64,000 bases of DNA. Origin: Calditrichales bacterium. GTDB lineage: Bacteria > Calditrichota > Calditrichia > Calditrichales > J004. How positions within the stretch are numbered: position 1 is the stretch's first letter; each line of letters starts with the position of its first letter. A program made the position numbers and the translations under genes. Under the pieces are notes generated by a model, which was not told the DNA's origin, did no database searches, and saw only the letters and a program-made list of their open reading frames with translations. This document shows, one piece after another, positions 1 to 9,323 of this stretch. The stretch covers positions 4,064,001-4,128,000 of the forward strand of contig OZ254086.1 of NCBI GenBank assembly GCA_965267575.1, given 5' to 3'.

Positions 1-379
1 TGTTACCAAAGGTAAAAAAACGGTGCAATGGCTCAATACATTTTATCAGGGTAATTTTTCGGATTTTACATCACTGCCAATTGGGAAACCGGCAAACCCA
101 ACCGAATCCCAACTGTTACCAAACTATCCAAATCCGTTTAACGCCAGCACGAACATCACCTATCGTATTTCCGACAAAAGCCTGGTTACGCTTTCGGTAT
201 ACGATGCCCTTGGACGGGAAATAAGGCAAATCGAAAATGGCTGGAAAACTGCAGGATTGCATAAAGTTACTTTTGACGCCGGTGCATTGTCTTCAGGGAT
301 TTATTATTATCGTTTGAATGTAAAGCCGGCAGGCGGCAAACCATTTACAGAAACGCGCAAGGCATTACTGATCAAATAA
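1..379 (+). CDS. 3' end of a secreted protein with T9SS/Por-type C-terminal sorting domain (5' part probably upstream of the window)
   Basis: LLPNYPNPFNASTNITY...VYDALGREI...LSSGIYYYRL...KALLIK is the typical CTD pattern; no signal peptide is seen inside the window. Confidence 0.8.
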   Translation, partial: VTKGKKTVQWLNTFYQGNFSDFTSLPIGKPANPTESQLLPNYPNPFNASTNITYRISDKSLVTLSVYDALGREIRQIENGWKTAGLHKVTFDAGALSSGIYYYRLNVKPAGGKPFTETRKALLIK

Positions 380-1285
380 ATGCCCGAATACCCCGACATA
401 ACCATCTACATCGAGCGGCTGCGTTATTTTGTGCAGAACAAGACACTGCAGAAAACGCGCATCGCCAATCCTTTTATGCTGCGCACCTTCGATCCGCCGT
501 TGAGTGCTTTGCAGGGCCTGAAACTGCTGCAATTGCGCCGGCTGGGCAAACGCATTATCTTTGAGTTTGAGAACAGTCTTTTCTTGGTGCTGCACCTGAT
601 GATTGCCGGGAGGCTGCAGTGGACAAAGGCGGGCGCCAAAGTCCCCGGCAAAGTGGGTCTGGCGGCGCTGGATTTTGAGAACGGCACGCTGATCATCACC
701 GAGGCATCGACACAAAAACGGGCCTCGCTGCATCTGCTGAAAGGCGCAAAGGCGCTGGCGGAGTTTGACCGCGGCGGATTGGAAATTTTTGATGCGACCG
801 CGGATGCCTTCAAAAAAGCGATCACCAAAGAGAACCACACACTGAAGCGCACCCTGACCGACCCGCGCATTCTCAGCGGCATCGGCAACGCTTACTCCGA
901 TGAGATCCTGCACGCGGCACAGCTCTCGCCGGTCACCCTTTCGCAAAAACTGGACGAGGGAGAAATCGAACGCTTGTATAAAGCCTGCAAAGAGATATTG
1001 ATACGATTTACAGAAACGATGCGCAGGGAGGTGGGCGACGGTTTCCCTAAAAAGGTGACCGCTTTTCGCGAAGATATGGCCGTGCATGGCAAATACGGCG
1101 CGCCCTGCCCTGCGTGCGGCACCAAGGTCCAGCGCATCCGCTACGCCAGCAACGAGACCAACTACTGCCCCACCTGCCAAACCGGCGGCAAGCTGCTGGC
1201 CGACCGCGCCCTGTCGCGCCTACTTAAAAGCGACTGGCCGCGCAGCGTGGATGAGCTGGAAGAGAAGTTTTCTGGCAATCGTTAA
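380..1285 (+). CDS. fpg: Formamidopyrimidine-DNA glycosylase / Fpg-Nei family
   Basis: N-terminal MPE(Y)P, GKR, HLMIAG, H2TH motif GIGNAYSDE, C-terminal zinc finger CPACG...CPTCQ. Confidence 0.9.
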   Translation: MPEYPDITIYIERLRYFVQNKTLQKTRIANPFMLRTFDPPLSALQGLKLLQLRRLGKRIIFEFENSLFLVLHLMIAGRLQWTKAGAKVPGKVGLAALDFENGTLIITEASTQKRASLHLLKGAKALAEFDRGGLEIFDATADAFKKAITKENHTLKRTLTDPRILSGIGNAYSDEILHAAQLSPVTLSQKLDEGEIERLYKACKEILIRFTETMRREVGDGFPKKVTAFREDMAVHGKYGAPCPACGTKVQRIRYASNETNYCPTCQTGGKLLADRALSRLLKSDWPRSVDELEEKFSGNR

Positions 1286-1317
1286 GGTTGGCATTAAAGG
1301 AATTACCAAAAAACGAA

Positions 1318-1453
1318 AACCAATCGCGCCTCAAGCACGACGACGCATTATAGAGCGCCGTTTTCCGTCCCATAATTTTGCGCGAAAGCCGCTAAAATGC
1401 AAGACTCAATGCGTCAGGTCTTTTTGGTTCTTTTTGGACAGGCAAAAAGAACG
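1318..1453 (+). repeat. ~135-bp REP-like element, copy 1
   Basis: ccaatcgcgcctcaagc.cgacgacgcattatagagc...aatgcgtcaggtctttttggttc recurs almost identically at 2050-2161 and, more diverged and inverted, at 1547-1679. Confidence 0.85.
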
Positions 1454-1546
1454 GATGCCTTGACTTAAAATCCCAGGCCAAAAGAAAAATTCTAAATGAG
1501 TCTGTCTGACCATTCTCAAGACAATTAGAGAGGCGGGAATATGAAT

Positions 1547-1679
1547 GTTCTTTTTGTTTAGCCAAAAAGAACCAAAAAGCATATGCGCATTCAGAGCGTA
1601 TTATGGGCCTGCCGGAGTTGTGTTCACTGCCTTTCCTGCTCTACAAATGCGCAGTCACGCCTCAGGGCGTGATTGGGTT
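1547..1679 (-). repeat. ~135-bp REP-like element, inverted copy 2
   Basis: The reverse complement reads acccaatcacgccctgaggcgtgactgcgcatttgtagagc...aatgcg...ctttttggttctttttgg....caaaaagaac, matching both ends of copy 1. Confidence 0.75.
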
Positions 1680-1729
1680 ATGAAAAAACTCCCCTTCATC
1701 ATCTTTATAATTGATGACCGTCGCGGAGA

Positions 1730-1753
1730 TTATTGCCATATTACTTTGCCCAT
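1730..1753 (-). pseudogene. Stub of a RelE/ParE-type toxin (MGKVIWQ*)
   Basis: The ATG overlaps the antitoxin 3' end; KVIW resembles a RelE/ParE N-terminus; the frame stops after 7 codons. Confidence 0.45.
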
Positions 1754-1933
1754 TTCTTTAGCAGCTTTTTCTTTGCCTCTTCGTGCGGTATTCCTTTTCC
1801 TTGTTCTATTTCCCGTTCCGCCTGTTCGATTTTGGCCCGGATATACAGGGCGTGCATGATATCATCCATGGTGGATTCTTCAGGCAGGTTATCTATAATA
1901 CTTTTTCGCTTTTTCTTTAACGGATTCGGCCAT
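1741..1933 (-). pseudogene. Frameshifted type II antitoxin of the kind usually paired with RelE/ParE toxins
   Basis: RBS (aagggag) then ATG at 1933. Removing one A from an A5 run near 1902-1906 gives MAESVKEKAKSIIDNLPEESTMDDIMHALYIRAKIEQAEREIEQGKGIPHEEAKKKLLKKWAK*. The span is 193 nt = 3n+1. Confidence 0.7.
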
Positions 1934-2049
1934 GTTTACTCCCTTATTTTTTATTAAAAATAGTGTTTTATTGCGCCGTATGCGAATGATTTGATTTATT
2001 CTAGGCGACAGAAACGAATATATTTCTAAGGTGGTTTCAAGGCACAAAA

Positions 2050-2161
2050 ACCCAATCGCGCCTCAAGCGCGACGACGCATTATAGAGCGCCGTTTCCCGG
2101 TAACAATTTTGCGCGAAAGCAGCTAAGATGCAAGACTCAATGCGTCAGGTCTTTTTGGTTC
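2050..2161 (+). repeat. ~135-bp REP-like element, copy 3 (3'-truncated)
   Basis: Near-identical direct repeat of about 1318-1430. Confidence 0.85.
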
Positions 2162-2170
2162 CCAAGTTTT

Positions 2171-2313
2171 GAGCATCGTAGATGCACTCCGTCATAGAAA
2201 AGGTTACCTGCAAAAGAAGTAGCCGCATCGCGGCGGCCTGCGGGTACACCCCGATGGGGTTGCAGAGTTAGCGGAGCTTTTGGCTGCTATGACAGTATGG
2301 CCCGCAGGGCCTT
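2171..2313. repeat. Inverted pair of GTCATAG/GCTATGAC REP-like hairpins
   Basis: agcatcgtagatgc-actcc-gtcatag (2172-2197) and gctatgac-agtat-ggcccgcagggcc (2286-2311); same family as the 28.6 kb and 31.4-31.9 kb clusters. Confidence 0.75.
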
Positions 2314-2316
2314 GAC

Positions 2317-2476
2317 TTTGAGTTCTACGAGAGAATTCGGGGAAGCCATCACCTTTTTCGTAAAAAAAGACGTTGAAGAAAGAATCAACATTCAAAAAGA
2401 GGGAAATAAGGCCAAACCTTATTAGGTTAAGCCAATCAGAAGTATCTTAATTAAGTATAAACTTAGGTCAAGATAA
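2317..2476 (+). pseudogene. hicA: HicA toxin remnant
   Basis: ERIRGSHHLFRKK / DVEERINIQKEGNKAKPY*VKPIRSILIKYKL contains the HicA GSH motif and KAKPYQV tail. The 5' end is missing, there is a +1 frameshift in an A7 run (2362-2368) and an in-frame TAG at 2423. Confidence 0.8.
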
Positions 2477-2685
2477 AGTACAAATATGAAATAATCATCC
2501 ACTGGAGCGAGGAAGACAATGCCTTTATCGCGGAGGTACCCGAACTGAAAGGATGTATGGCGCACGGCTCATCATATGACGATGCCCTTAAAAACGTTAA
2601 AGAGGCCATCTCGCTCTGGATTGATACGGCAAAAGAATTTGGTGACCCGATTCCAACACCGAAAGGCCGACTGCGCTACGCTTAA
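2473..2685 (+). pseudogene. hicB: HicB antitoxin with start codon apparently mutated to ATA
   Basis: (I)KYKYEIIIHWSEEDNAFIAEVPELKGCMAHGSSYDDALKNVKEAISLWIDTAKEFGDPIPTPKGRLRYA*; the ATAA at 2473-2476 sits where an ATGA start/stop overlap is expected. Confidence 0.8.
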
Positions 2686-2715
2686 TCACAGACACAACAC
2701 CAACAGTCTTGTTCG

Positions 2716-4008
2716 CTATCTCCGGTAACTCAACACACTCCCGCGCAACAACTCGCTTACCTTGACAAGCCGGTAGCCCCTGCTTTGCAGTTCGCCGATC
2801 AACTCATCAAGGGTTTCATAGGGAAAATCATTCTCCCGTTCGCTGCCCAGGTGCATCAGGATGATATTTCCCTGTAGCCCGCGTTTTTCCTCCAAATCCA
2901 GAAAATGGTCGCGTATCTCTGCCGCCGAGCGGTACAATGTGGAGCTGGTATCCTCCACCCAATCCCAGGAATCACAGCGCGCCGACCAGCCGATGTGGCG
3001 GTAGCCCAGTTCCGCCGCCCAATACAAAATCTCATTGTTGATCTCGCCAAACGGTGCCCGCCAGTACGGCGCCATGCGTTGGCCGGTAAGCTTAACATAG
3101 ACGCTGTCGGTCATGCGCAACTGGCGCTGCAGGTAGGCCCTGTTCACATTGTCGCGGGTGCGGTTGCTTCCGTCGATTTCCAGGTTGGTAAAATGGGGAT
3201 GGTTCCAGGAGTGATTGGCAATTTCGTGGCCGTCGTCCAACATTTGCCGTACCAGGCCCGGGTAGCGTTCGATAAAGCCGCCGGTTAAAAACATCGTGCT
3301 TTGCAGATTGTTTTTACGCAGGATGTCCAGGATTTCTTGCGCCCCGCGTTTGCTGCTGCCACCGTCAAAGGTCAGCGCCAGCTTTTTACCCGTGGCCGGA
3401 GCACTATAAACGGGACGCGTCAAATAATCCAGCCGCGGTGAACTGTAACTGATAACGAAGGAATCCACCAGCACGCTGCTCCCGTCAGGTCGCAAGCCCC
3501 AGATCAGGATTTGGTTTTCGCCGCTTTCCAGGGCTACATCCTCAAACTGCCACTGGCCGTTTTTGACAACCCCGCTTTGCCGCAAGTGTCCCTGGTGGCT
3601 CAGCGCCAGGGCCATGCCCTCCTCCGCTTCGATGCGCAGCTGCAGACGCCCGCGCACTGCCTGGCGCAGCGAGTCCACGGCAAAATTTCCCGGCGCGGGA
3701 TAGACCAGGCTGGAGTCATTCGCGGCGTTTACCGGTCTCTCTCCCGGCGGGTAGTCCGGCGCCAGCCACTGGTACATAACCACGTTCACCACAATAACAA
3801 TCGCCGTAAACCAGATCAGGTCACGCGAAGGCAGACTGCCCTTCAAAAGCGCCTTGCCGCGCCACTTCAGCGCGCAGGAAACACTGCAGAAAATATGATG
3901 AAAAATGGTTTTCTGGCAGTCGGTGCAGATGTAATCACGGCAATGATAACAGCGCCGGGCCGTCTTTTTATCGGGGTGATTTTTACATGCTTTGCGGGTC
4001 AGCGACAT
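2716..4008 (-). CDS. Membrane-anchored polysaccharide deacetylase (CE4/NodB) with N-terminal Cys/His zinc-finger-like region
   Basis: Motifs LTFDGG, NHSWNHPH, WRAPFG, ILMH; N-terminal CKNH...CYHC...CTDC...CSVSC followed by one TM helix. Confidence 0.8.
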   Translation of the reverse strand: MSLTRKACKNHPDKKTARRCYHCRDYICTDCQKTIFHHIFCSVSCALKWRGKALLKGSLPSRDLIWFTAIVIVVNVVMYQWLAPDYPPGERPVNAANDSSLVYPAPGNFAVDSLRQAVRGRLQLRIEAEEGMALALSHQGHLRQSGVVKNGQWQFEDVALESGENQILIWGLRPDGSSVLVDSFVISYSSPRLDYLTRPVYSAPATGKKLALTFDGGSSKRGAQEILDILRKNNLQSTMFLTGGFIERYPGLVRQMLDDGHEIANHSWNHPHFTNLEIDGSNRTRDNVNRAYLQRQLRMTDSVYVKLTGQRMAPYWRAPFGEINNEILYWAAELGYRHIGWSARCDSWDWVEDTSSTLYRSAAEIRDHFLDLEEKRGLQGNIILMHLGSERENDFPYETLDELIGELQSRGYRLVKVSELLRGSVLSYRR

Positions 4009-4115
4009 CGGTCAACCATTGATTTTTATATAGGTGAATTGTTGAATTATTGGATTTAAAATGTAACACGACATTCATGTCGCGTAACAGACGACCACTC
4101 GCACAACACGACAAT

Positions 4116-4218
4116 GTCATTCCCGACTCGGTCGCGAATCCACAAAAAGCGCAATTTGCCGGCGATCCAGAATATTCCTGGCACGTGTGCTTTGGATCCC
4201 CGCCTTCGCGAGGATGAC
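4116..4218. repeat. REP-like inverted pair (GTCATTCCCG...GAATCCA / TGGATCCCCGCCTTCGCGAGGATGAC)
   Basis: Two facing imperfect palindromes immediately downstream of rfbB. Confidence 0.7.
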
Positions 4219-4231
4219 GCGTCCGCTTCTT

Positions 4232-5236
4232 CTATTCCTCTTTGTACTGCTGGGCGTAAAAACGCTGATACTCTTCCTGCTTTTCCTTGATGGCCCGCCA
4301 CCACTTTTCGTTTTCCACGTACCACTTCACCGTTTTCTCCAGCCCTTCGGCCAGCGGTGTGGTCGGTTTCCAGCCCAGCGCCTCCGTCTTGCTGATGTCC
4401 ACCGAGTAACGTCGGTCATGGCCGGGACGGTCCTGTACATATTTGATCAAAGAATCGGGCTTTTTAAGCAGCTTCAATACCGTATGCGTGATGAAAATAT
4501 TTTCCTCTTCATTGCCGGCGCCGATGTTGTAGACCTCACCGGGGACGCCTTTATGCAGCACGGCATCCACGCCGGCGCAGTTGTCTTCCACGTACAACCA
4601 GTCGCGCACGTTTTTGCCGTCGCCGTAAAGCGGCAGTTGTTTGTCATCAATAGCGTTTGTAACAAAGAGCGGGATCAATTTTTCAGGATACTGGAACGGC
4701 CCGTAGTTGTTGCTGCTGCGGGTTATCAGCGTGGGCACACCGTAGGTTTTATGGTATGAGCGCACCAGCAGGTCACCACCCGCTTTGCTGGCGGAATAGG
4801 GACTGTTGGGCATCAGCGGATCGTCTTCTTTAAAAGAGCCGTCATCGATGCTGCCGTAAACCTCGTCGGTGGAGATATGCAGGAAGCGCTCAATGCCGTG
4901 TTTTTTGGCTGCTTCCAGCAACACAAACGTGCCGCGCACATCGGTGTTTATAAAAGCGCCCGCCTCATGGATCGAGCGGTCCACGTGTGTTTCGGCGGCA
5001 AAGTTGACCACGGCGTCCACGTTGCTCATCAGGTTGTCTACCACCTCTTCGTCGCCAATATCACCGTGGTAAAAGAAAAAGCGCGGGTCGCCTTCCAGGT
5101 CCTGCAGGTTTTCGCGGTTACCGGCGTAGGTCAGCGCGTCCAGCACGATGATGCGGTAGTCATATTTCTTCAGCATATAGCGCACAAAGTTGGAGCCGAT
5201 AAAACCGGCGCCGCCCGTTACCAGGATAGATTTCAT
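4232..5236 (-). CDS. rfbB: dTDP-glucose 4,6-dehydratase
   Basis: TGGAGFIG, DALTYAGN, AAETHVDRS, STDEVYG, YSASK, DRPGHDRRY. Confidence 0.95.
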   Translation of the reverse strand: MKSILVTGGAGFIGSNFVRYMLKKYDYRIIVLDALTYAGNRENLQDLEGDPRFFFYHGDIGDEEVVDNLMSNVDAVVNFAAETHVDRSIHEAGAFINTDVRGTFVLLEAAKKHGIERFLHISTDEVYGSIDDGSFKEDDPLMPNSPYSASKAGGDLLVRSYHKTYGVPTLITRSSNNYGPFQYPEKLIPLFVTNAIDDKQLPLYGDGKNVRDWLYVEDNCAGVDAVLHKGVPGEVYNIGAGNEEENIFITHTVLKLLKKPDSLIKYVQDRPGHDRRYSVDISKTEALGWKPTTPLAEGLEKTVKWYVENEKWWRAIKEKQEEYQRFYAQQYKEE

Positions 5237-5370
5237 TTTTTCTCCATAAATTTGAACAGTTTACACATTAATACTTGAAACATTCATGATGAATGATAAT
5301 GTTTACGGAAACATGTTGTGACCGTTGGCAGTTATCAGAAACGCTTGTGAAATTTCATGAATTGAACTTT

Positions 5371-8214
5371 ATGCCGCAAATAAAAGCTTTCCCCTTAAAA
5401 TTCCTTTTTACGATTCTGTTCGTCCTCGTGCTCTGTCCCCTGCTGCTGGCGCAGGGATTTTATTTTGGCCGCAACAAGGTCCAGTACACGGATTTTGACT
5501 GGCGGGTAATGAAGACCGAGCATTTCGACATTTACTATTACCCGGAAATGGAAGAGATCGCCCGTAAAGGCGCCCATTTCGCCGAAGAGAGTTTCCGCAA
5601 GCTGGAGCCCAAGTTCAACCACTCGGTGTCGCGGCGTATCCCGCTGATATTTTACAGCACGCACCTACACTTTCAGCAGACCAACGTAACACCCGGCTTC
5701 ATCCCCGAGGGAGTCGGCGGTTTTTTTGAATTCCTTAAGGGTCGTGTGGTTATTCCGAGCAACGGCGATCTGGCAAAATTCCGCCACGTGATACAGCATG
5801 AGCTGGTGCACGTTTTTATGCACAGCAAGGTCTACACGGTGCTGCGCAACAACGGCCGGCTGGACGGACCTTTTCCCCCGCTCTGGTTTACCGAAGGGCT
5901 GGCGGAGTTCTGGTCTTCGGAGTGGGACGCCCAGGCCGAAATGGTTTTGAAGGACGCCGTTCTGCACAATTATGAAACCGGGCTGAGCAACATCTGGCGC
6001 ATCCTGGGCACCTTCACCATGTACAAGGTGGGCCAGGACGTGATGATCTATATCGCCGAGAATTACGGCGAAGACAAACTCCTGCTGCTGATGGAAAATC
6101 TCTGGAAATATGAGAGCTTTGAGGAGAGCTTCAAAGAGGTGCTGGGTGTGGATTATGCCGAGTTTGACCGCCATTACCTGCCCCATCTGAAAAAGCGCTA
6201 TTACCCCAAACTGGCCGATGAGGATTTTAACCGCATTACCGATAAAACAATCGTGCGCGACGGCTATAATTTTAAGCCGGCCTGGTATAAGGAAAAGAAC
6301 GGTACTGAAAACGTGGTTTTTGTGGGCAACCGCACCGGCTACAGCAGCATCTTCATGAAGCCGCTGCGCGAAACACCTCTGGACCGGGAAGAAAACGTGG
6401 AAGTGCTGATCAAAGGCGAGGCTTCATCCGATTTTGAGGCATTCCATATTTTCGACTCCAAGATTGATGTTAACAAAGACGGCGTGCTGGCCTTTACCGC
6501 CAAAAGCGGCGAAACAGACGCGCTTTACCTTTACGACATCCCCAACCGTGAGATAAAAGCCAAGCACTATTTTGAAAATATTGTCGGATTGTATTCTCCC
6601 GCCTGGTCGCCGGACGGCAAACAACTGGTTCTTAGCGGATTGTCGGAATCGGGCTATGCCGATATTTTCCTTTTTGATTGCGAGACAACGGAGCTACGCA
6701 GGCTAACCGACGACCCCTATTTTGACACATCGCCATCCTGGGCGCCCGACGGCAAAACCATCGTCTTTTCATCCAACCGCACGGCCGTTGGCGAAAAAGG
6801 CTACCGTAACCTGTTTTTAATGGACATCGCCAGCGGTACGATCGATTATCTGACCTATGGCGAACAGGTGGATGATGTACCGGTTTTTTCAGCCGATGGC
6901 AAGCGCCTGGCTTACACGTCGGATGCCGGCGGAAGCTACAACATTTATCTTATCAACAATCCGCTGCAAAAGCCGCATAAAGAGCAGGAGCCCCTTGCCG
7001 TGCGCAAACTGACTTCATCGGTGGGCGCCATCTTTGACCCGGAATGGATGCCCAACGGCGACCTGCTCTACGGCACTTTCGAAGAAGCCAGTTTCCAGAT
7101 ACGCCAGCTACAGAACACCGACGAACGGCTGCAGAAATCGCAAAAACAAACCCAGTTGCCCCTGGCCCTCAACGACGAGCTTTGGGATTACCCGACACTC
7201 AACAAATCGCGCATTTCCGCCGACAAGCCCTATGTAAAAGACTACGACCTGGATATCGTTCAAACTCAGGTTTCGGAAGACCCCATTTTTGGCACCACCG
7301 GCGGCGCACAACTGGCTTTCACCGATCTGATGGGCAACGAGCAATACAACATTCTGCTTTACAATAACGCCCGCGGCACCTCGGACTTCTGGGAAAGCTT
7401 CAACTTCGCCGTCACCAAAATCTCCCTTGGGCAAAAAGTCAATCACGGCTACGGCGTGTTCCGCTTCGCCGGCCAGTTCTACAATCCGCAGGACGCCTTT
7501 TATTTTGAAGACCGCGTTGGCGCCTTTTACGCGCTGATCTACCCTTTTTCGCAGTTTTCTCGCGTGGAGTTTAACCAGAGCATCAGCTACTCGGATAAGG
7601 AGTGGACTTTTCTGGAGCGCCGTTTTGCCTGGCTAAACACATCCTATATCAGCTTCATTCACGATAACGCCATCTGGTCGCCAACCGGCCCCATCGAAGG
7701 GCGGCGGCTGAACGTGACGCTGGGCAACACCTACGATTTCGCCTTCTCCAACGTAAACTATCTCACCGGGCTGGTGGATCTGCGCTATTACCACCGGCTG
7801 GGACTGAGGACTGCCTACGCTGTACGCCTGATGTCGCTGTTTAATGAAGGCCGCGAGACACGCCAGTTCTATTTCGGCGGCAGCTGGGATTTGCGCGGCT
7901 ATTCGCGCTGGTCGCTGCGCGGGCAACGGGTTTTTCTGCTCAGCCAGGAATACCGCTTTCCGCTGATCGATGTGGTGGGTATGCGTCTGCCCTGGTTTTC
8001 GCTGGGCTTCAGCTCCATCCGCGGGGCGCTCTTTTTTGATGTCGGCCAGGCCTGGAACGAAGACCTGGACGAGGTGCTGGGCTCGTTTGGCGTGGGCGCT
8101 CGGCTGCCGCTCGGACGCTTCCTGGTGCTGCGCTGGGACTTTGGCAAAACCACCGACTTTAACCGAATCTCCGACGGCATTTTCACACAATTCTTTTTTG
8201 GATGGGATTTCTGA
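5371..8214 (+). CDS. Omp85/BamA-TamA family outer-membrane protein with N-terminal gluzincin-like peptidase domain and TolB-like PD40 propeller
   Basis: Signal peptide; HELVH plus WFTEGLAE; repeated P.WSPDGK motifs; C-terminal barrel with LRGY and terminal FFFGWDF. Start chosen at ATG 5371 (the ORF track opens at 5293). Confidence 0.8.
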   Translation: MPQIKAFPLKFLFTILFVLVLCPLLLAQGFYFGRNKVQYTDFDWRVMKTEHFDIYYYPEMEEIARKGAHFAEESFRKLEPKFNHSVSRRIPLIFYSTHLHFQQTNVTPGFIPEGVGGFFEFLKGRVVIPSNGDLAKFRHVIQHELVHVFMHSKVYTVLRNNGRLDGPFPPLWFTEGLAEFWSSEWDAQAEMVLKDAVLHNYETGLSNIWRILGTFTMYKVGQDVMIYIAENYGEDKLLLLMENLWKYESFEESFKEVLGVDYAEFDRHYLPHLKKRYYPKLADEDFNRITDKTIVRDGYNFKPAWYKEKNGTENVVFVGNRTGYSSIFMKPLRETPLDREENVEVLIKGEASSDFEAFHIFDSKIDVNKDGVLAFTAKSGETDALYLYDIPNREIKAKHYFENIVGLYSPAWSPDGKQLVLSGLSESGYADIFLFDCETTELRRLTDDPYFDTSPSWAPDGKTIVFSSNRTAVGEKGYRNLFLMDIASGTIDYLTYGEQVDDVPVFSADGKRLAYTSDAGGSYNIYLINNPLQKPHKEQEPLAVRKLTSSVGAIFDPEWMPNGDLLYGTFEEASFQIRQLQNTDERLQKSQKQTQLPLALNDELWDYPTLNKSRISADKPYVKDYDLDIVQTQVSEDPIFGTTGGAQLAFTDLMGNEQYNILLYNNARGTSDFWESFNFAVTKISLGQKVNHGYGVFRFAGQFYNPQDAFYFEDRVGAFYALIYPFSQFSRVEFNQSISYSDKEWTFLERRFAWLNTSYISFIHDNAIWSPTGPIEGRRLNVTLGNTYDFAFSNVNYLTGLVDLRYYHRLGLRTAYAVRLMSLFNEGRETRQFYFGGSWDLRGYSRWSLRGQRVFLLSQEYRFPLIDVVGMRLPWFSLGFSSIRGALFFDVGQAWNEDLDEVLGSFGVGARLPLGRFLVLRWDFGKTTDFNRISDGIFTQFFFGWDF

Positions 8215-9323
8215 TGCGCCTGCTGACCGGATTTTTGATTTTTCTGCTTCTTGCTGCCTGCCAGAAGCCTTTGCTGCGCGGTACGGCTGACGGGGACGAC
8301 GAGCGTTTTTTCCTGCGCCATTTTTATGCGCGCAATAATATCCAGAATATTACGCTGCCCGATTCACTGCAAACCTCGCAGGTGGAATCTCTGCGCGGCC
8401 TGCCTTGGCTCAGCCTGATCGATTACCGCGGCGAGCTGTTGTTTACCACGCACAACGGCTTCCTGTACAGCGGCAAAGGACTGGACGACCTGGGCAAGCT
8501 GGAAGTCTCCGAAGGCATCAGCGGCATACCGGCGCTTTTGGGAGACACGCTGTTTGTAAGCAGCGCCCGCGGCAAAAACGGACTGGTCGCCTACAACGCG
8601 CGCAGTGGTGAGATCATCTGGGAAAAAAGAGGCCTGCTTTCGGAAAGCGCGCCGCTGGCAATGGACGGTCGCGTTTTTCATGCCGCGCTTAACGGCCGGC
8701 TGATCGCGTATGACACCAACGGCGAGCAGCTTTGGGAAAACCACCTGGAACACGCCATACGGGCACCACTGGCCGGTCAGGATGGCAAGCTTGTGGTGGC
8801 CACTGCCGATGGCGAGGTACGTTGTTATCACATGCAAAACGGAACGCTGGCCTGGGCCATAAACCTGGCTTCTGCGGTTCTCGCCGCCCCCATGATTTAT
8901 GAAAACAATGTGTATCTCCCGGCCTACGACGGCTCCCTGCATGCGATTAATCTCGACAGCGGTGAAAGGGTCTGGCGCAAAGAGCTGGGTACGCCCATTT
9001 ACTACAGCCCTTCCGGGGTCGATGGCGTTCTCTATATTGGTCTGCCCAACCGCCTTGTGCTGGCCCTTGATGCGGCGGATGGCAACGAGATATGGCGCAG
9101 CGAACTGGACGGTCCGCCCACAGCGCCACCGCTTGTAACGGATGGCGAGGTTCTCCTTGGAACCGCTCAAAAATCGCTATTCAGGCTTGGCAGGGAAAAT
9201 GGCCGCAAAATTCAAAGACTAAAGCTGGAGGCCAAACCACGCAGCACGCCACGCATCTACGGGGGTAAACTTTACATTTCAATGGAGCCGGACCTGCTGG
9301 CCGTTATCGGGGAAAAGAAATGA
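8214..9323 (+). CDS. BamB-like PQQ-type beta-propeller lipoprotein
   Basis: Lipobox LAAC; repeated A.(D/N)..(S/N)GE..W propeller motifs; TGATG overlap with the upstream gene. Confidence 0.75.
   Translation: MRLLTGFLIFLLLAACQKPLLRGTADGDDERFFLRHFYARNNIQNITLPDSLQTSQVESLRGLPWLSLIDYRGELLFTTHNGFLYSGKGLDDLGKLEVSEGISGIPALLGDTLFVSSARGKNGLVAYNARSGEIIWEKRGLLSESAPLAMDGRVFHAALNGRLIAYDTNGEQLWENHLEHAIRAPLAGQDGKLVVATADGEVRCYHMQNGTLAWAINLASAVLAAPMIYENNVYLPAYDGSLHAINLDSGERVWRKELGTPIYYSPSGVDGVLYIGLPNRLVLALDAADGNEIWRSELDGPPTAPPLVTDGEVLLGTAQKSLFRLGRENGRKIQRLKLEAKPRSTPRIYGGKLYISMEPDLLAVIGEKK

Noticed and set aside
1086..2395. Short ORFs 1086-1463, 1545-1859, 1733-1957 and 2204-2395
   Set aside because: They are translations of repeat DNA or antisense to the TA remnants
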